DNA from: a virus
Taxonomy: Duplodnaviria; Caudoviricetes
DNA: 49,916 bases
IMG/VR virus record: IMGVR_UViG_3300017647_000296
Location: 1 to 49,916 of that record
Direction: 5' to 3' (one strand)
Position 1 is the stretch's first letter; every line of letters starts with the position of its first letter. Below the pieces are notes generated by a model. That model saw only the letters and a program-made list of their open reading frames with translations. It searched no databases and was not told where the DNA came from. The position numbers were made by a program, and so were the translations under genes. Of the stretch, positions 9,218 through 17,855 are shown piece by piece.

Positions 9218-9257
9218 AAAAAGAAAGCCCCCGCACCGTTTCGCGACGGCCGGGGGC
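9218..9257 (-). terminator. intrinsic terminator
   Basis: minus strand GCCCCCG..CCGT-CGCGAA-ACGG..CGGGGGC then TTTCTTTTT. Confidence 0.7.
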
Positions 9258-9354
9258 ATGACTGGATGAGAAACTGGTTTGGCGACCGGGAATATCCAGT
9301 GGGCACAAGATATAGCGTCCCACAAGATTTCTCAAGCCAAACGTTGATTTTCAG

Positions 9355-9660
9355 ACCGGTCGAGCGGCGACCCGGTGCAACTCCGGTGCAGGCGAAGCCG
9401 CAGGCGTGGGGGTCGAAAGTCCTACGATGCCGCCTGAAACTGAGGACGGGTTAGCTGTGAGGCGCCCTTGGCATAGTGTCCCATTCCGGCTCCGTCAGCC
9501 ACGACACTGGCCGATCGATTCCCCGCCTCATGGGCTCGGCTCATGGGGTAGGGGGTCTATTGGCCGGAACCGCTTCCTCACCATCTGCCAAGACCTGACA
9601 CTGGTGGAAAACACGGGAGCCAAGAAAGGTAGTTCTGAGACTTAGCAGGGGTTGGCTCTG
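9355..9660 (+). ncRNA. candidate structured non-coding RNA / leader
   Basis: multiple nested complementary segments and a possible pseudoknot (see findings); no credible ORF. Confidence 0.45.
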
Positions 9661-9681
9661 AGCAACGAAAGGAAATCGAAA

Positions 9682-10263
9682 ATGGCTATGCGTTGGGAGA
9701 ATGGCTCGCCGGAGCGAAAAATTGAGGCGTTCATCGGTGCATGGGGCGTAAAGACTGGCGACATCGTGGACACCGATCACTTGCTGGAGTTGGCATCGCG
9801 AATATTCGAGGTCGACAACTCCGGGCTTCCCGAACGCATGATGCGCGAGATCGAAGCGTTGGGATCGAAGGGGCGCAAGGCGCTGGCTCAGAAGAACATC
9901 AAGGCGGTGATGGGCGACGCCGGCCGGTTCTCGCCGGATTGGGGCAAGGATGCCGACGGCCTGACGCGCATCCCGGAAGAATCGCTCCAGCGGATGATTG
10001 ACCGCAGCAAGCCAGAGATGGTCGACGGCGAACCGTTCGATTGCGTGGGGGAACTGGATATCGATCCGGCCCAGCTTCTTCGCAAGGTTGTGTCGGCTGT
10101 CATCAGCGCCGGTCGCGCCGACATCCTATGGGAATTTCCTGATGTGCTGGCGTTCTTCGGATCGCGCATCCCACAGCGCGAGGAGGTGGCGCACTTGAAC
10201 AATGTCGACGAGCGGATGTTCGAGGCCGCTGAGAAGTGGCCGAACCGAGCACGGCGAGCCTGA
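9682..10263 (+). CDS. hypothetical protein downstream of the structured element
   Basis: GAAAGGAAA SD then ATG 9682; 193 aa. Confidence 0.7.
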   Translation: MAMRWENGSPERKIEAFIGAWGVKTGDIVDTDHLLELASRIFEVDNSGLPERMMREIEALGSKGRKALAQKNIKAVMGDAGRFSPDWGKDADGLTRIPEESLQRMIDRSKPEMVDGEPFDCVGELDIDPAQLLRKVVSAVISAGRADILWEFPDVLAFFGSRIPQREEVAHLNNVDERMFEAAEKWPNRARRA

Positions 10264-10291
10264 AAAAAGAAACCCGCCGGAACGGGGTCGG
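10264..10291 (-). terminator. probable terminator for the TA-like operon
   Basis: minus-strand GC hairpin followed by TTTCTTTTTT. Confidence 0.45.
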
Positions 10292-10708
10292 TCAGGATGA
10301 CTGAGTCGGGAATGGCCGCGCCGTGGCCGGCGGTGGTGAAACCTTAAGCCGACCGATCTCGACTGGATCACCACCATCAAATGCGAACTGCACTACGATG
10401 TCGCCAGGCTTCTGCAATTCAACCGGGAGACCAGACATGGCAAATACGGTTGGCGTGTCACTGGCCAAAACTTCCGTATCTCCGCCAAGCGTACCAGTCT
10501 GCCGGCCCGAAGGGTCGAGAAGCCGTAACTCAAATCTCCGGCGGCCCGCTTGCAGCCCCCAGAAACGTACCCAGATGGCGATAGGGAACGTCGCCGGAAG
10601 CATGCCAGGAACTAGATCGCTGCCGTACACCCCGATGAGGATATGCTTCCCCGTAATCTCCTGCCGAATATCGTCACAAAAAACGGTTTCAGCACGCCAA
10701 CCAGTCAA
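10292..10708 (-). CDS. DUF6941-like protein
   Basis: FCDDIRQE.TGK.ILIGVY signature, beta-rich. Confidence 0.7.
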   Translation of the reverse strand: MTGWRAETVFCDDIRQEITGKHILIGVYGSDLVPGMLPATFPIAIWVRFWGLQAGRRRFELRLLDPSGRQTGTLGGDTEVLASDTPTVFAMSGLPVELQKPGDIVVQFAFDGGDPVEIGRLKVSPPPATARPFPTQSS

Positions 10709-11115
10709 CCTGCCATCTCCAAAATGTTGGTGCGTGTTGTCGCCGCGGTAGGTTGGAGCACGGTGTGAATTGTTGTCGTGCTGGTGGCAGGTTTGGTGAT
10801 TGGGCGGTCCGCCTCAATGGGATCGAAGTGATTTCGAGTCGGGCTTTGCGGCACCCTGCGACGCAGCGTGAAGACAGGTTCCAGCCCAAGCGCCCAAGCT
10901 ATCTCCGCGACGCTACGAAGCGTAAGGTTTGCTTCGCCACGGAGCAGGCGGTTGATGACGGAACGATTTACGCCCAGCCGCGAGGCTATCTGCTGCTGGC
11001 TGATTCCAGTCTCCTTCTTCTCTTCGATCGCGGCGGATACCAGCGCCTTGCGCACTTGGCCGATGAACCGTCCAGCCGCCCGAGGCTTAGGATCGATTCT
11101 CAGTTCATAGGACAT
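10705..11115 (-). CDS. XRE-HTH antitoxin-like regulator with low-complexity C-terminal tail
   Basis: ISQQQIASRLGVNRSVINRLLRGEANLTLRSVAEIAWALG. Confidence 0.85.
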   Translation of the reverse strand: MSYELRIDPKPRAAGRFIGQVRKALVSAAIEEKKETGISQQQIASRLGVNRSVINRLLRGEANLTLRSVAEIAWALGLEPVFTLRRRVPQSPTRNHFDPIEADRPITKPATSTTTIHTVLQPTAATTRTNILEMAG

Positions 11116-11581
11116 CGGTATAGTCTCCAGTTACAAACTTCGGCTCATCAAGGTCGAGCGAGTCCCTGCGCCGCACCGCACTGTCACGGTAGCCCGCGTA
11201 TAGGTCGTGCTCTTTGCATCGGAACGCCGTGTCGGCTTCTGCGACTATGAATGTGCCCTTTTGGGGGAACCAGCCAAAGAGGCGCGCATCGGGCGTTTTC
11301 AGTTCCCAAATGCCCCTGTCGGTCGGCATCATGGAATGAGACCGTTCATAGTACGCCAAGTCAGCGCCGGAGACAAAATCGTGAAAAAGATCGTCGATCT
11401 GCTCGATGGGAGATTGCTTCCCATCTCCAAGCTCCGGCTCCAAGTCCGGCAACATTCGATCCAGCCAATCAACCACATGCGGAAATGCGTACAGAAGCCG
11501 CTCTGGTAGCTCATGCCCGTCTAACCCCCCGCCCAGCTTGATTAGCTGCCCACTTTCGACAAGCTGTTCTAGTGTTGCCAT
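11105..11581 (-). CDS. RelE/HigB-like toxin (predicted)
   Basis: GIWELKT..RLFGWF motif; toxin upstream of HTH (HigBA order). Confidence 0.6.
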   Translation of the reverse strand: MATLEQLVESGQLIKLGGGLDGHELPERLLYAFPHVVDWLDRMLPDLEPELGDGKQSPIEQIDDLFHDFVSGADLAYYERSHSMMPTDRGIWELKTPDARLFGWFPQKGTFIVAEADTAFRCKEHDLYAGYRDSAVRRRDSLDLDEPKFVTGDYTDVL

Positions 11582-11584
11582 ATA

Positions 11585-11606
11585 TGTCAACAAACACAGG
11601 TTGACA
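11585..11606. promoter_or_regulatory. inverted repeat, probable antitoxin operator
   Basis: TGTCAAC-N8-GTTGACA directly upstream of the toxin ATG. Confidence 0.6.
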
Positions 11607-11651
11607 AGCCGTTACCCGATCACTTCGTTAACGGGTTGTCCCAATGCCTCC

Positions 11652-11822
11652 CTACCCATCCCCGTTGTCGTTATCGCTCTCCGGCAACTCGAGCATCCCG
11701 ATCCCGATGAGAAATTCGCGGACGGCGAGGTGCGCAGCGGCCTCCAGATCCCCGCCGGTCTCATTTGCAAACCGGCGCAGGGCGAGGCTTTCATCCGTGG
11801 CGAGGTCGAGCGCGATCTTCAT
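11652..11822 (-). CDS. 56-aa protein absent from the ORF track (MKIALDLATDESLALRRFA...)
   Basis: ATGA overlap with the 11819 stop; open to TAG at 11652. Confidence 0.6.
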   Translation of the reverse strand: MKIALDLATDESLALRRFANETGGDLEAAAHLAVREFLIGIGMLELPESDNDNGDG

Positions 11823-12043
11823 AAGCGATACCTCTTGCCTTTGACGGTCTTTGGCATCGTCTGTTCAAACGCCTGATGGTGCTCGGCGATGACCTTGATC
11901 CAGACGCCGACCTTCATGGGGATCTCGGCATTTCCGTCGAGCCATGCATGAACCAGAGACACCTCGCACTCCAGAGCGCGGGCTAGAATGTCCGGCGTCC
12001 AGCGGATGTCGTGAAGCGCGGCGTCGAGCTGGTCAGGGGTCAT
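11819..12043 (-). CDS. small HTH-like protein
   Basis: MTPDQL..LARALECEVSLVHAWLDG..IP. Confidence 0.7.
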   Translation of the reverse strand: MTPDQLDAALHDIRWTPDILARALECEVSLVHAWLDGNAEIPMKVGVWIKVIAEHHQAFEQTMPKTVKGKRYRL

Positions 12044-12537
12044 GTGCCGCGCCGAACCTCAACTGCCGTGCGTTCAAAGCACCAACTTACGTCCTGCCAG
12101 TCGAAGCCATGCAGTGTTCGGCTACGGTCCATGCAGATCATGACGATTGCTCGCGCGTTGGGAACGGAGGTGCTTCCCCACATTTCCTTCATCTTGTCGA
12201 GCAAGCTTGTTTGCCTTCTGACGCAAGCATCTCGGATGCTCCAGTTATCGCGGCCTGGATGGCGGTAAAGGCAGTCCTCCCGAATGTCCTTTACGATGTC
12301 ATTTCGGCTGCGGCGGAACGCACCATTCATCTCGCGAACCAGATTTGCCGTTCTCTCCTGCTCGGCCGTTTCCGGGGCTGAAGTTTGTGCCGCGGCGGCG
12401 CGCTCAGACATGGAAGGCTCCTGCGAGGAGGAGAAAAACCGCTCCTGCATCTCAGCCGCCCCAATCCCGAGCGCAAGCGCGCCGACGGCAGCCATGCCGA
12501 ACAATGCGATCCTACCTGCGCCCAATGCACCCTCCAC
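12040..12537 (-). CDS. exported/membrane-anchored Cys-containing protein
   Basis: N-terminal hydrophobic segment, four Cys; ATGA-coupled to the next gene. Confidence 0.55.
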   Translation of the reverse strand: MEGALGAGRIALFGMAAVGALALGIGAAEMQERFFSSSQEPSMSERAAAAQTSAPETAEQERTANLVREMNGAFRRSRNDIVKDIREDCLYRHPGRDNWSIRDACVRRQTSLLDKMKEMWGSTSVPNARAIVMICMDRSRTLHGFDWQDVSWCFERTAVEVRRGT

Positions 12538-12561
12538 GAATCAGTGGCGTCCTATCAATTT

Positions 12562-12576
12562 GTTCTTGAGATGTTC
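12562..12576 (+). promoter_or_regulatory. alphaproteobacterial LexA (SOS) box
   Basis: GTTC-TTGAGAT-GTTC = GTTC-N7-GTTC. Confidence 0.7.
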
Positions 12577-12624
12577 TCTTTCGTGAGTCATTCTGTCGCA
12601 CAACAAAAGGGCAGGGAGCCGATC

Positions 12625-12876
12625 ATGAGTGCGTACTTCGTCGTACAGAGTTTCACCAAAGGCAGCCGTGGGGGGCTTCGTCCCGACATTCCGATCCAGG
12701 TCCAGAACACGGCCCATGCGCGCCGAGTGGCGGAACGCTTGGCCGTGCAGAAGGCGCTGGTCATCGCCTTCATGAGGGAAAGCGACGCCAAGACTGGTGA
12801 ATTCGACGAGGCCCGGCTTATCGCGGCTCATGGCGAAGTTCCGGACGAGGTTCGAGAGATGCCCGTCGCATCCTAG
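12625..12876 (+). CDS. small, probably SOS-regulated protein
   Basis: GGGAG SD; MSAYFVVQSF..ARRVAERL..TGEFDE..HGEVP; converges on cI. Confidence 0.7.
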   Translation: MSAYFVVQSFTKGSRGGLRPDIPIQVQNTAHARRVAERLAVQKALVIAFMRESDAKTGEFDEARLIAAHGEVPDEVREMPVAS

Positions 12877-13565
12877 CGCGCCTCATACTTGCCGACGATC
12901 CGATGGCAGTAGAGCCAGTCAGATCGGGTTACGGAGAAATCCCGATCCTCTCCCTCCGGAGGATTGAACTGACGCAGGTGCCAATCGCGGTCATCGAAAC
13001 GTAGTAGTCGCTTGACCATCGCCTCGGCTTCCGCGTTCGTGAAAGGCGGGACGTGATAGAGCACCACGTTCTTGTCTCGTGCCGGCGGAAGGTGCGGATG
13101 TACCAGCGCCATATCGCCGGGCTCGAACGCCGGGATCATGGACTCTCCCTCGATGTAGAGCCCGTAGGCATCCTTCACGCGCTCCAGCAATGACGGACGC
13201 TTCACATAGTCGATCGCCTCGAACGTGACGATCTGGTGGCCTTCCTGGCTGCCTCGTGCCGCGGCAAAGATGGGAAAGTCGCGCTCACCGACCAGCGCGG
13301 ATTTCGGAACGATGACCTGCGGTGTGAACGTGTCCGGCGGCGTGGTATCGGAGGCGGGCGCCCTCACCACTTCCACGGGCAACTCGCGCACCTCGACACC
13401 CATCATACGCGAGATGGCGAGAGCATCTGCGTACTGCAATCTCTGCTTACCCTGGCCGGCCTTGGTCAGCTTGCCGGGGTCGACGCCGGCCGCCTCAGCC
13501 AAGGTCTTGAGGGTGAAGCCCTTGGATTTCGCGAGATCGAGTAAAGGATTTGGTGGTTTAGCCAT
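12873..13565 (-). CDS. CI-like phage repressor (HTH + S24 peptidase)
   Basis: N-terminal HTH; IEGESMIP (Ser) and MVKRL (Lys) catalytic motifs; divergent from cro. Confidence 0.92.
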   Translation of the reverse strand: MAKPPNPLLDLAKSKGFTLKTLAEAAGVDPGKLTKAGQGKQRLQYADALAISRMMGVEVRELPVEVVRAPASDTTPPDTFTPQVIVPKSALVGERDFPIFAAARGSQEGHQIVTFEAIDYVKRPSLLERVKDAYGLYIEGESMIPAFEPGDMALVHPHLPPARDKNVVLYHVPPFTNAEAEAMVKRLLRFDDRDWHLRQFNPPEGEDRDFSVTRSDWLYCHRIVGKYEAR

Positions 13566-13574
13566 TGGTCGAAT

Positions 13575-13648
13575 TTGCCAGACGGCAATGATTTAACCAA
13601 GGAAAATTGTGGCAATTGCCTCTTGCCGTTTGAATTGCCGTATGGCAA
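13575..13648. promoter_or_regulatory. cI/cro switch operators
   Basis: TTGCCAGACGGCAA (13575-13588), TTGCCGTATGGCAA (13635-13648), plus half-sites. Confidence 0.8.
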
Positions 13649-13657
13649 GTATATGGC

Positions 13658-13891
13658 ATGAAGCTCGACCTGTACCTATTCACGCACAAGATCAAGCCGA
13701 CGAAATTCGCGGCGCAGATCGGCGTCAACCCTTCGACGATCACGCGCATCCTGAACGGCGAACGCGTGCCGTCACTCGACGTCATCATCGCGATTGAGGA
13801 TGGCACCGGCGGAGAGGTCACGGCGAAGGACTTCCTCGACGAGAGGCGTGAGGCAAAGGCTGCAGGCGTGGCGCCCGAGGTGTCGGCATGA
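13658..13891 (+). CDS. Cro-like repressor
   Basis: KFAAQIGVNPSTITRILNGERVP..IEDGTGGEVTAKDF. Confidence 0.9.
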   Translation: MKLDLYLFTHKIKPTKFAAQIGVNPSTITRILNGERVPSLDVIIAIEDGTGGEVTAKDFLDERREAKAAGVAPEVSA

Positions 13892-14730
13892 TCCGCACCA
13901 CGTCCACTCCCTCGAAGCTTGAGCAGCAGAAGGCGCTGCTGGGCGGGGCGGTGCCGATGAAGGCGCCCAAATCCAAAGCACAACCGGAGAGCCGATTGAA
14001 CGCTCATACCTCGTCGGCCGTTTCGGTCGTGCCCATGTCGGCCGACGCCCTGCCGGCTCTGATCGACCGTGCCACGAAAGCTCTTGAAGGGGCGCGCGAC
14101 AGTGCAGAGGTGCTTGAGGCCCGCGACATGGCGCGGATCGCATACGATGCGGCGAAGTCGGCCGGCCGGCTGGCGAGGGCAAAAGAGGCTCACGATACCG
14201 TCCTCGCGCAGGTGTACCGCGCGCAGGCTGATGCGCTTCTGATCGAGGCCCGCGCCAAGATGCGGCTGGCCGAGGAGTACGACGCGGCGCAGGATCGGGG
14301 TGAGGTAGCCAAGCTTGGCACCAACCAGTCAGATTTGGGTGTTTCGGATGGGAACACCCGCCCTGCAACGGCCGCTGATATTGGCATCTCTCGGAAGGAC
14401 ATCCATGAAGCCCGTCAGATCAGGGACGCGGAGAAGGCTGATCCCGGCGTCACCGCGCGCACGCTGAACACGCTCGTCGAGCGCGGCGAGGAGCCGACGA
14501 AGGCGAAGCTCAATCGCGAGATCGTGAAGCCGAAGCCTGCCCCCAAGAAGATCATGGACCAGAAGGCTCTGTGGCTCTGGGGCCGGCTGAACGATTTCGA
14601 TCGCGACGGAATCCTCGCGTCCGATCCCACCTTCCTTGTTTCCGAAATGACCGAACCGATGCGCGCCGACGTGAAGCGGCTTGTCCCGCTCGTGCGCGCC
14701 TTCCTTGAGCAACTGGAGAGTGCGGCATGA
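13888..14730 (+). CDS. conserved phage early protein
   Basis: AEVLEARDMA..YDAAK, ATAADIGISRKDIHEAR; ATGA overlaps. Confidence 0.75.
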   Translation: MIRTTSTPSKLEQQKALLGGAVPMKAPKSKAQPESRLNAHTSSAVSVVPMSADALPALIDRATKALEGARDSAEVLEARDMARIAYDAAKSAGRLARAKEAHDTVLAQVYRAQADALLIEARAKMRLAEEYDAAQDRGEVAKLGTNQSDLGVSDGNTRPATAADIGISRKDIHEARQIRDAEKADPGVTARTLNTLVERGEEPTKAKLNREIVKPKPAPKKIMDQKALWLWGRLNDFDRDGILASDPTFLVSEMTEPMRADVKRLVPLVRAFLEQLESAA

Positions 14731-15167
14731 ACCAGCATCAGCAAATCATGGAGGAGTTGGAGAAGCACTACGAGGCGCTTGGCGGAGCCGTTCTGATTGC
14801 GCCGTCGGCGCTCGCGGTGAAGGTCTACGAGCACTTCCGCGGCAAGAAGAGCGTCGATCCGCACATCCAATACACCAGCCTCGAACACATGAAGAGCATG
14901 GCGAGGACATTCCTTCGGAAGCGCAACGATCCGACGGAGGCCAAGGACGGAGAGGTCGAGCAAAGCGCCTTCGAGTTCTCGAAGGAATTGCAGCCGCGAT
15001 ACCCGATCCCGCACAAGCGGGGTGAAGAGCCGCAGTACAAGCTGCGTGAGCGTCTGACGCCGGAAGATCGCGCATGGAACGTCGAGAGGCTTCGGCGCGC
15101 CGCGAAGACGTTCGGAGAACACGCCGACGCTCTTGAGGCCGAAGGCCGAAGCATGGCGGTGGCCTGA
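14727..15167 (+). CDS. hypothetical phage protein
   Basis: coupled; LQPRYP..HADAL. Confidence 0.7.
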   Translation: MNQHQQIMEELEKHYEALGGAVLIAPSALAVKVYEHFRGKKSVDPHIQYTSLEHMKSMARTFLRKRNDPTEAKDGEVEQSAFEFSKELQPRYPIPHKRGEEPQYKLRERLTPEDRAWNVERLRRAAKTFGEHADALEAEGRSMAVA

Positions 15168-15168
15168 C

Positions 15169-15387
15169 ATGCCATTGTCGCTCCCCCTTACATCGGTCCC
15201 GTTGACGCGCCTCAAGGGGGTGTTCAAGCCGTGCATGTGGTGCGCTGGCAAGAGCGGGCGCATTGAGAAGGCTCCTGTGATCGAGCCGGCGAACCATGCC
15301 GGGAGGATGATCTGCGAAGCCTGTGGCAGGCAGGTCGGATGGGTGTCTGCAAGGGCTCTTCGGCAGGCTGAAAGGATGGTCGCATGA
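15169..15387 (+). CDS. small zinc-ribbon protein
   Basis: CxxC...H...CxxC. Confidence 0.55.
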   Translation: MPLSLPLTSVPLTRLKGVFKPCMWCAGKSGRIEKAPVIEPANHAGRMICEACGRQVGWVSARALRQAERMVA

Positions 15388-15551
15388 TGACGGCCATCAC
15401 CCACATTTCAGCGGCGGCAATAGGCGCGGGTCTGGCATGGGCCTTGGCGCGCCACCGCATCCGCGAGTGTAAGGCCGAAGCTCTTCGTCTGCTGTTGGCG
15501 CAGCAGGTCGATCTCACGGCGGAAGACTTTGCCCGTCAGGTTGGCGCCTGA
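15384..15551 (+). CDS. 55-aa membrane-anchored protein (not in the ORF track)
   Basis: ATGA overlap; AAAIGAGLAWALA hydrophobic segment. Confidence 0.45.
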   Translation: MMTAITHISAAAIGAGLAWALARHRIRECKAEALRLLLAQQVDLTAEDFARQVGA

Positions 15552-15700
15552 TGGACGTGTGTCTCGAAACATATCCAGTTGCCCGTTCGTCTCTGCTTGG
15601 CGGCGATGTCGACCGTGCATCTGTTCTTCCTTTCCCTGATCGGCGCTCCGGCGACCGGCGCGCTTCCTCGATGGGTTCAACCTATCGAGGAGCCGCTTCC

Positions 15701-16099
15701 ATGAAGGGACAATCAATTTCCGGTTCCGGAAACTCTCTGCGCCGGACCAACCATGCCGAGGTCGCGCTGGAAGAAGCGCGCTTCTGGGCCGAAGAGCTTC
15801 AGAAGGCGGAGTTCCGCGGTCTCGGCGATACCCGCGAGGCCGCGCGGTATCGCGTCGCGCAGCAGACCGGGATTGCAGAAAGCTACCTGAAACGCCTCCG
15901 CTACAAGTGGCGCGAGATGGGGGAAGTCGCTGGCTCGCAGTATCGAGCACTGATGCTGGCCTACGAGGAATTGGTCCAGCGCAACGAGGCAGCCGCCCGC
16001 GAGTATCGGGAAGAGCGCCAAGAACTCCAGAGGAAACGTCATGCGGCTGATTTGGAGCGCGCTCGTCAGGGCGTGGGAGCGGATGCTGCTCGCGATTGA
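15701..16099 (+). CDS. CII-position DNA-binding protein
   Basis: GAGGAG SD; RVAQQTGIAESYLKRLRY HTH-like. Confidence 0.6.
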   Translation: MKGQSISGSGNSLRRTNHAEVALEEARFWAEELQKAEFRGLGDTREAARYRVAQQTGIAESYLKRLRYKWREMGEVAGSQYRALMLAYEELVQRNEAAAREYREERQELQRKRHAADLERARQGVGADAARD

Positions 16100-16120
16100 G
16101 CGGCGTCGGAACAGGAGAAA

Positions 16121-16684
16121 GTGATGGCGAAGGCAGCAGCGAAGAAGGACGACAACGTCGTCGAACTGAGGAAGAACGGGCCGGCTGAGGACGCGGTGAT
16201 CGCCGTGAATCTTGGGAAGATCCAGCGGGCCAAGGCGGAGTTCGAGACCGCCAACGGCAACTACCGGAACACGCTGAAGCACGTCGAGGCAAAGGGCATC
16301 CACCTCGCTGCGGCGAAGGACGCCATCTCGATCAAGAAGTCTGGCAAGGTCGACGAGAAGGTCGAGTATCTGAAGGCGCTCACCGAGTACCTGATGATCC
16401 TGGGCTCGCCGATCGACAAGAAGCAGCTCGACATGTTCCGCGTCGAGGGCAACAGCCGGGACGGCGAGGCGAAAGCGCGGGAGAAGGGCCGTTACTGCGG
16501 CATCATGGGTCTGGGGCACGATCAGAACCCGTATGCGGTGGAAAGCGATCTCGGTCAGGCATGGCTCGATGCATATGGAGACGGCGCCAAGGAGCGTGCG
16601 CTGATCCTTTCAATGGAGCCGGCCGGCGATGAACTCATCAAATCCGATGCTGACGACGACGTGTTCGACGAGGACGAGGACTGA
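16121..16684 (+). CDS. GapR-like N-terminal domain plus Rmf-like C-terminal motif
   Basis: KAKGI..AISIKK..YLMILG; AREKG..G...NPY..WLDAY.DG. Confidence 0.6.
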   Translation: MMAKAAAKKDDNVVELRKNGPAEDAVIAVNLGKIQRAKAEFETANGNYRNTLKHVEAKGIHLAAAKDAISIKKSGKVDEKVEYLKALTEYLMILGSPIDKKQLDMFRVEGNSRDGEAKAREKGRYCGIMGLGHDQNPYAVESDLGQAWLDAYGDGAKERALILSMEPAGDELIKSDADDDVFDEDED

Positions 16685-16771
16685 CCCGCTTCCTCCGATA
16701 CCTCCGCCGTCGCCAGCCCCGAGTGCATATCCGCATCGCTGGCGTCTGCTTCTCATTGAAGGGAATCTGAC

Positions 16772-17077
16772 ATGAACTCACTGGCACGGAACCTTGCCGA
16801 CTCCGTCGAGCGCGAATGCAACGTGCTCTCGTTCACCGGCACAGACCATCAGGATCGCGTCGACAGGCTCGATGACGTCCACCGCAGGCAGGCCGCGGAA
16901 ACTGAGCAGCGGATCGCCCAGACCAAGCGAGACCTTCGCAAGACCGTGGCAGGCTTCAAGGCCGAGATTGCGGAGATCGAGCGGAAGATCGCGGAGGCCA
17001 AGGCCGGCGCATCTCGGAAGATCGAGATGGACGAGAAGATCCTGACGAAGTGCCGGGCCTTCCTTTCCGTCGAGTAG
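16772..17077 (+). CDS. coiled-coil hypothetical protein
   Basis: GAAGGG SD, heptad pattern. Confidence 0.6.
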   Translation: MNSLARNLADSVERECNVLSFTGTDHQDRVDRLDDVHRRQAAETEQRIAQTKRDLRKTVAGFKAEIAEIERKIAEAKAGASRKIEMDEKILTKCRAFLSVE

Positions 17078-17117
17078 CTAGCGCCGGCTGACAAGCGTTC
17101 CCCGATACGAGGGCGGT

Positions 17118-17855
17118 ATGATCCTCCGCGAAGAAACGATAGGCGACGCCCGTCTCCTCCTTGGCGACGCGATGGCGATCATGCCTCACCTGTCAAAGGT
17201 CGACCTTGTCGTCAGCGACGTGCCCTATGCGCTCACCAGCGGCGGCGTCTCGAAATCCTCCAAGACGATGTCGGGCATCTTCGCCTCGCACAATTATGCG
17301 AACGACGGCCAACTCATCATGGCGACGGTGCCGTTCCCCGAGATGATGTCGGCCCTGCATGACGTGCTCGTCGACGACGCCGACTGCTACGTGATGTCGA
17401 ACGACAAGAACCTGCGGCCGATCCTCAACGCGGCAACGGAGGCCGGGTTCGGGCTGCACAACGTGCTGGTCTGGGACAAGGTCACGCCTACGGCGAACCG
17501 CTGGTATATGAAGAACCTGGAGTTCACGGCCTATCTCTGGAAGGGCCGGGCGAAGACGATCAACGATCCTTCCTCCAAGCAGCTTCTCCGCGGCGGCATC
17601 GATAAGGAAGCCGGGCACCCGACTGAAAAGCCGGTTGCACTGATGGAGGAGTATGTCCGCAACTCCTCGGCGCCGGGACAGGTGGTGCTCGATCCTTTCA
17701 TGGGCAGCGGCACTACTGGTGTCGCCTGCATGCGTCTCGGCAGGAAGTTCATCGGCATCGAGATCCACGAACCGTTCTTCGACATGGCCGTGGCGCGGCT
17801 CCGCGCTGCCCATGCCGGACCAGATATGTTCTCAGGAGCGAGGGCAATCGCATGA
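17118..17855 (+). CDS. orphan amino-DNA methyltransferase (beta class)
   Basis: SDVPY motif IV, HPTEKP, LDPFMGSGTTG. Confidence 0.9.
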   Translation: MILREETIGDARLLLGDAMAIMPHLSKVDLVVSDVPYALTSGGVSKSSKTMSGIFASHNYANDGQLIMATVPFPEMMSALHDVLVDDADCYVMSNDKNLRPILNAATEAGFGLHNVLVWDKVTPTANRWYMKNLEFTAYLWKGRAKTINDPSSKQLLRGGIDKEAGHPTEKPVALMEEYVRNSSAPGQVVLDPFMGSGTTGVACMRLGRKFIGIEIHEPFFDMAVARLRAAHAGPDMFSGARAIA

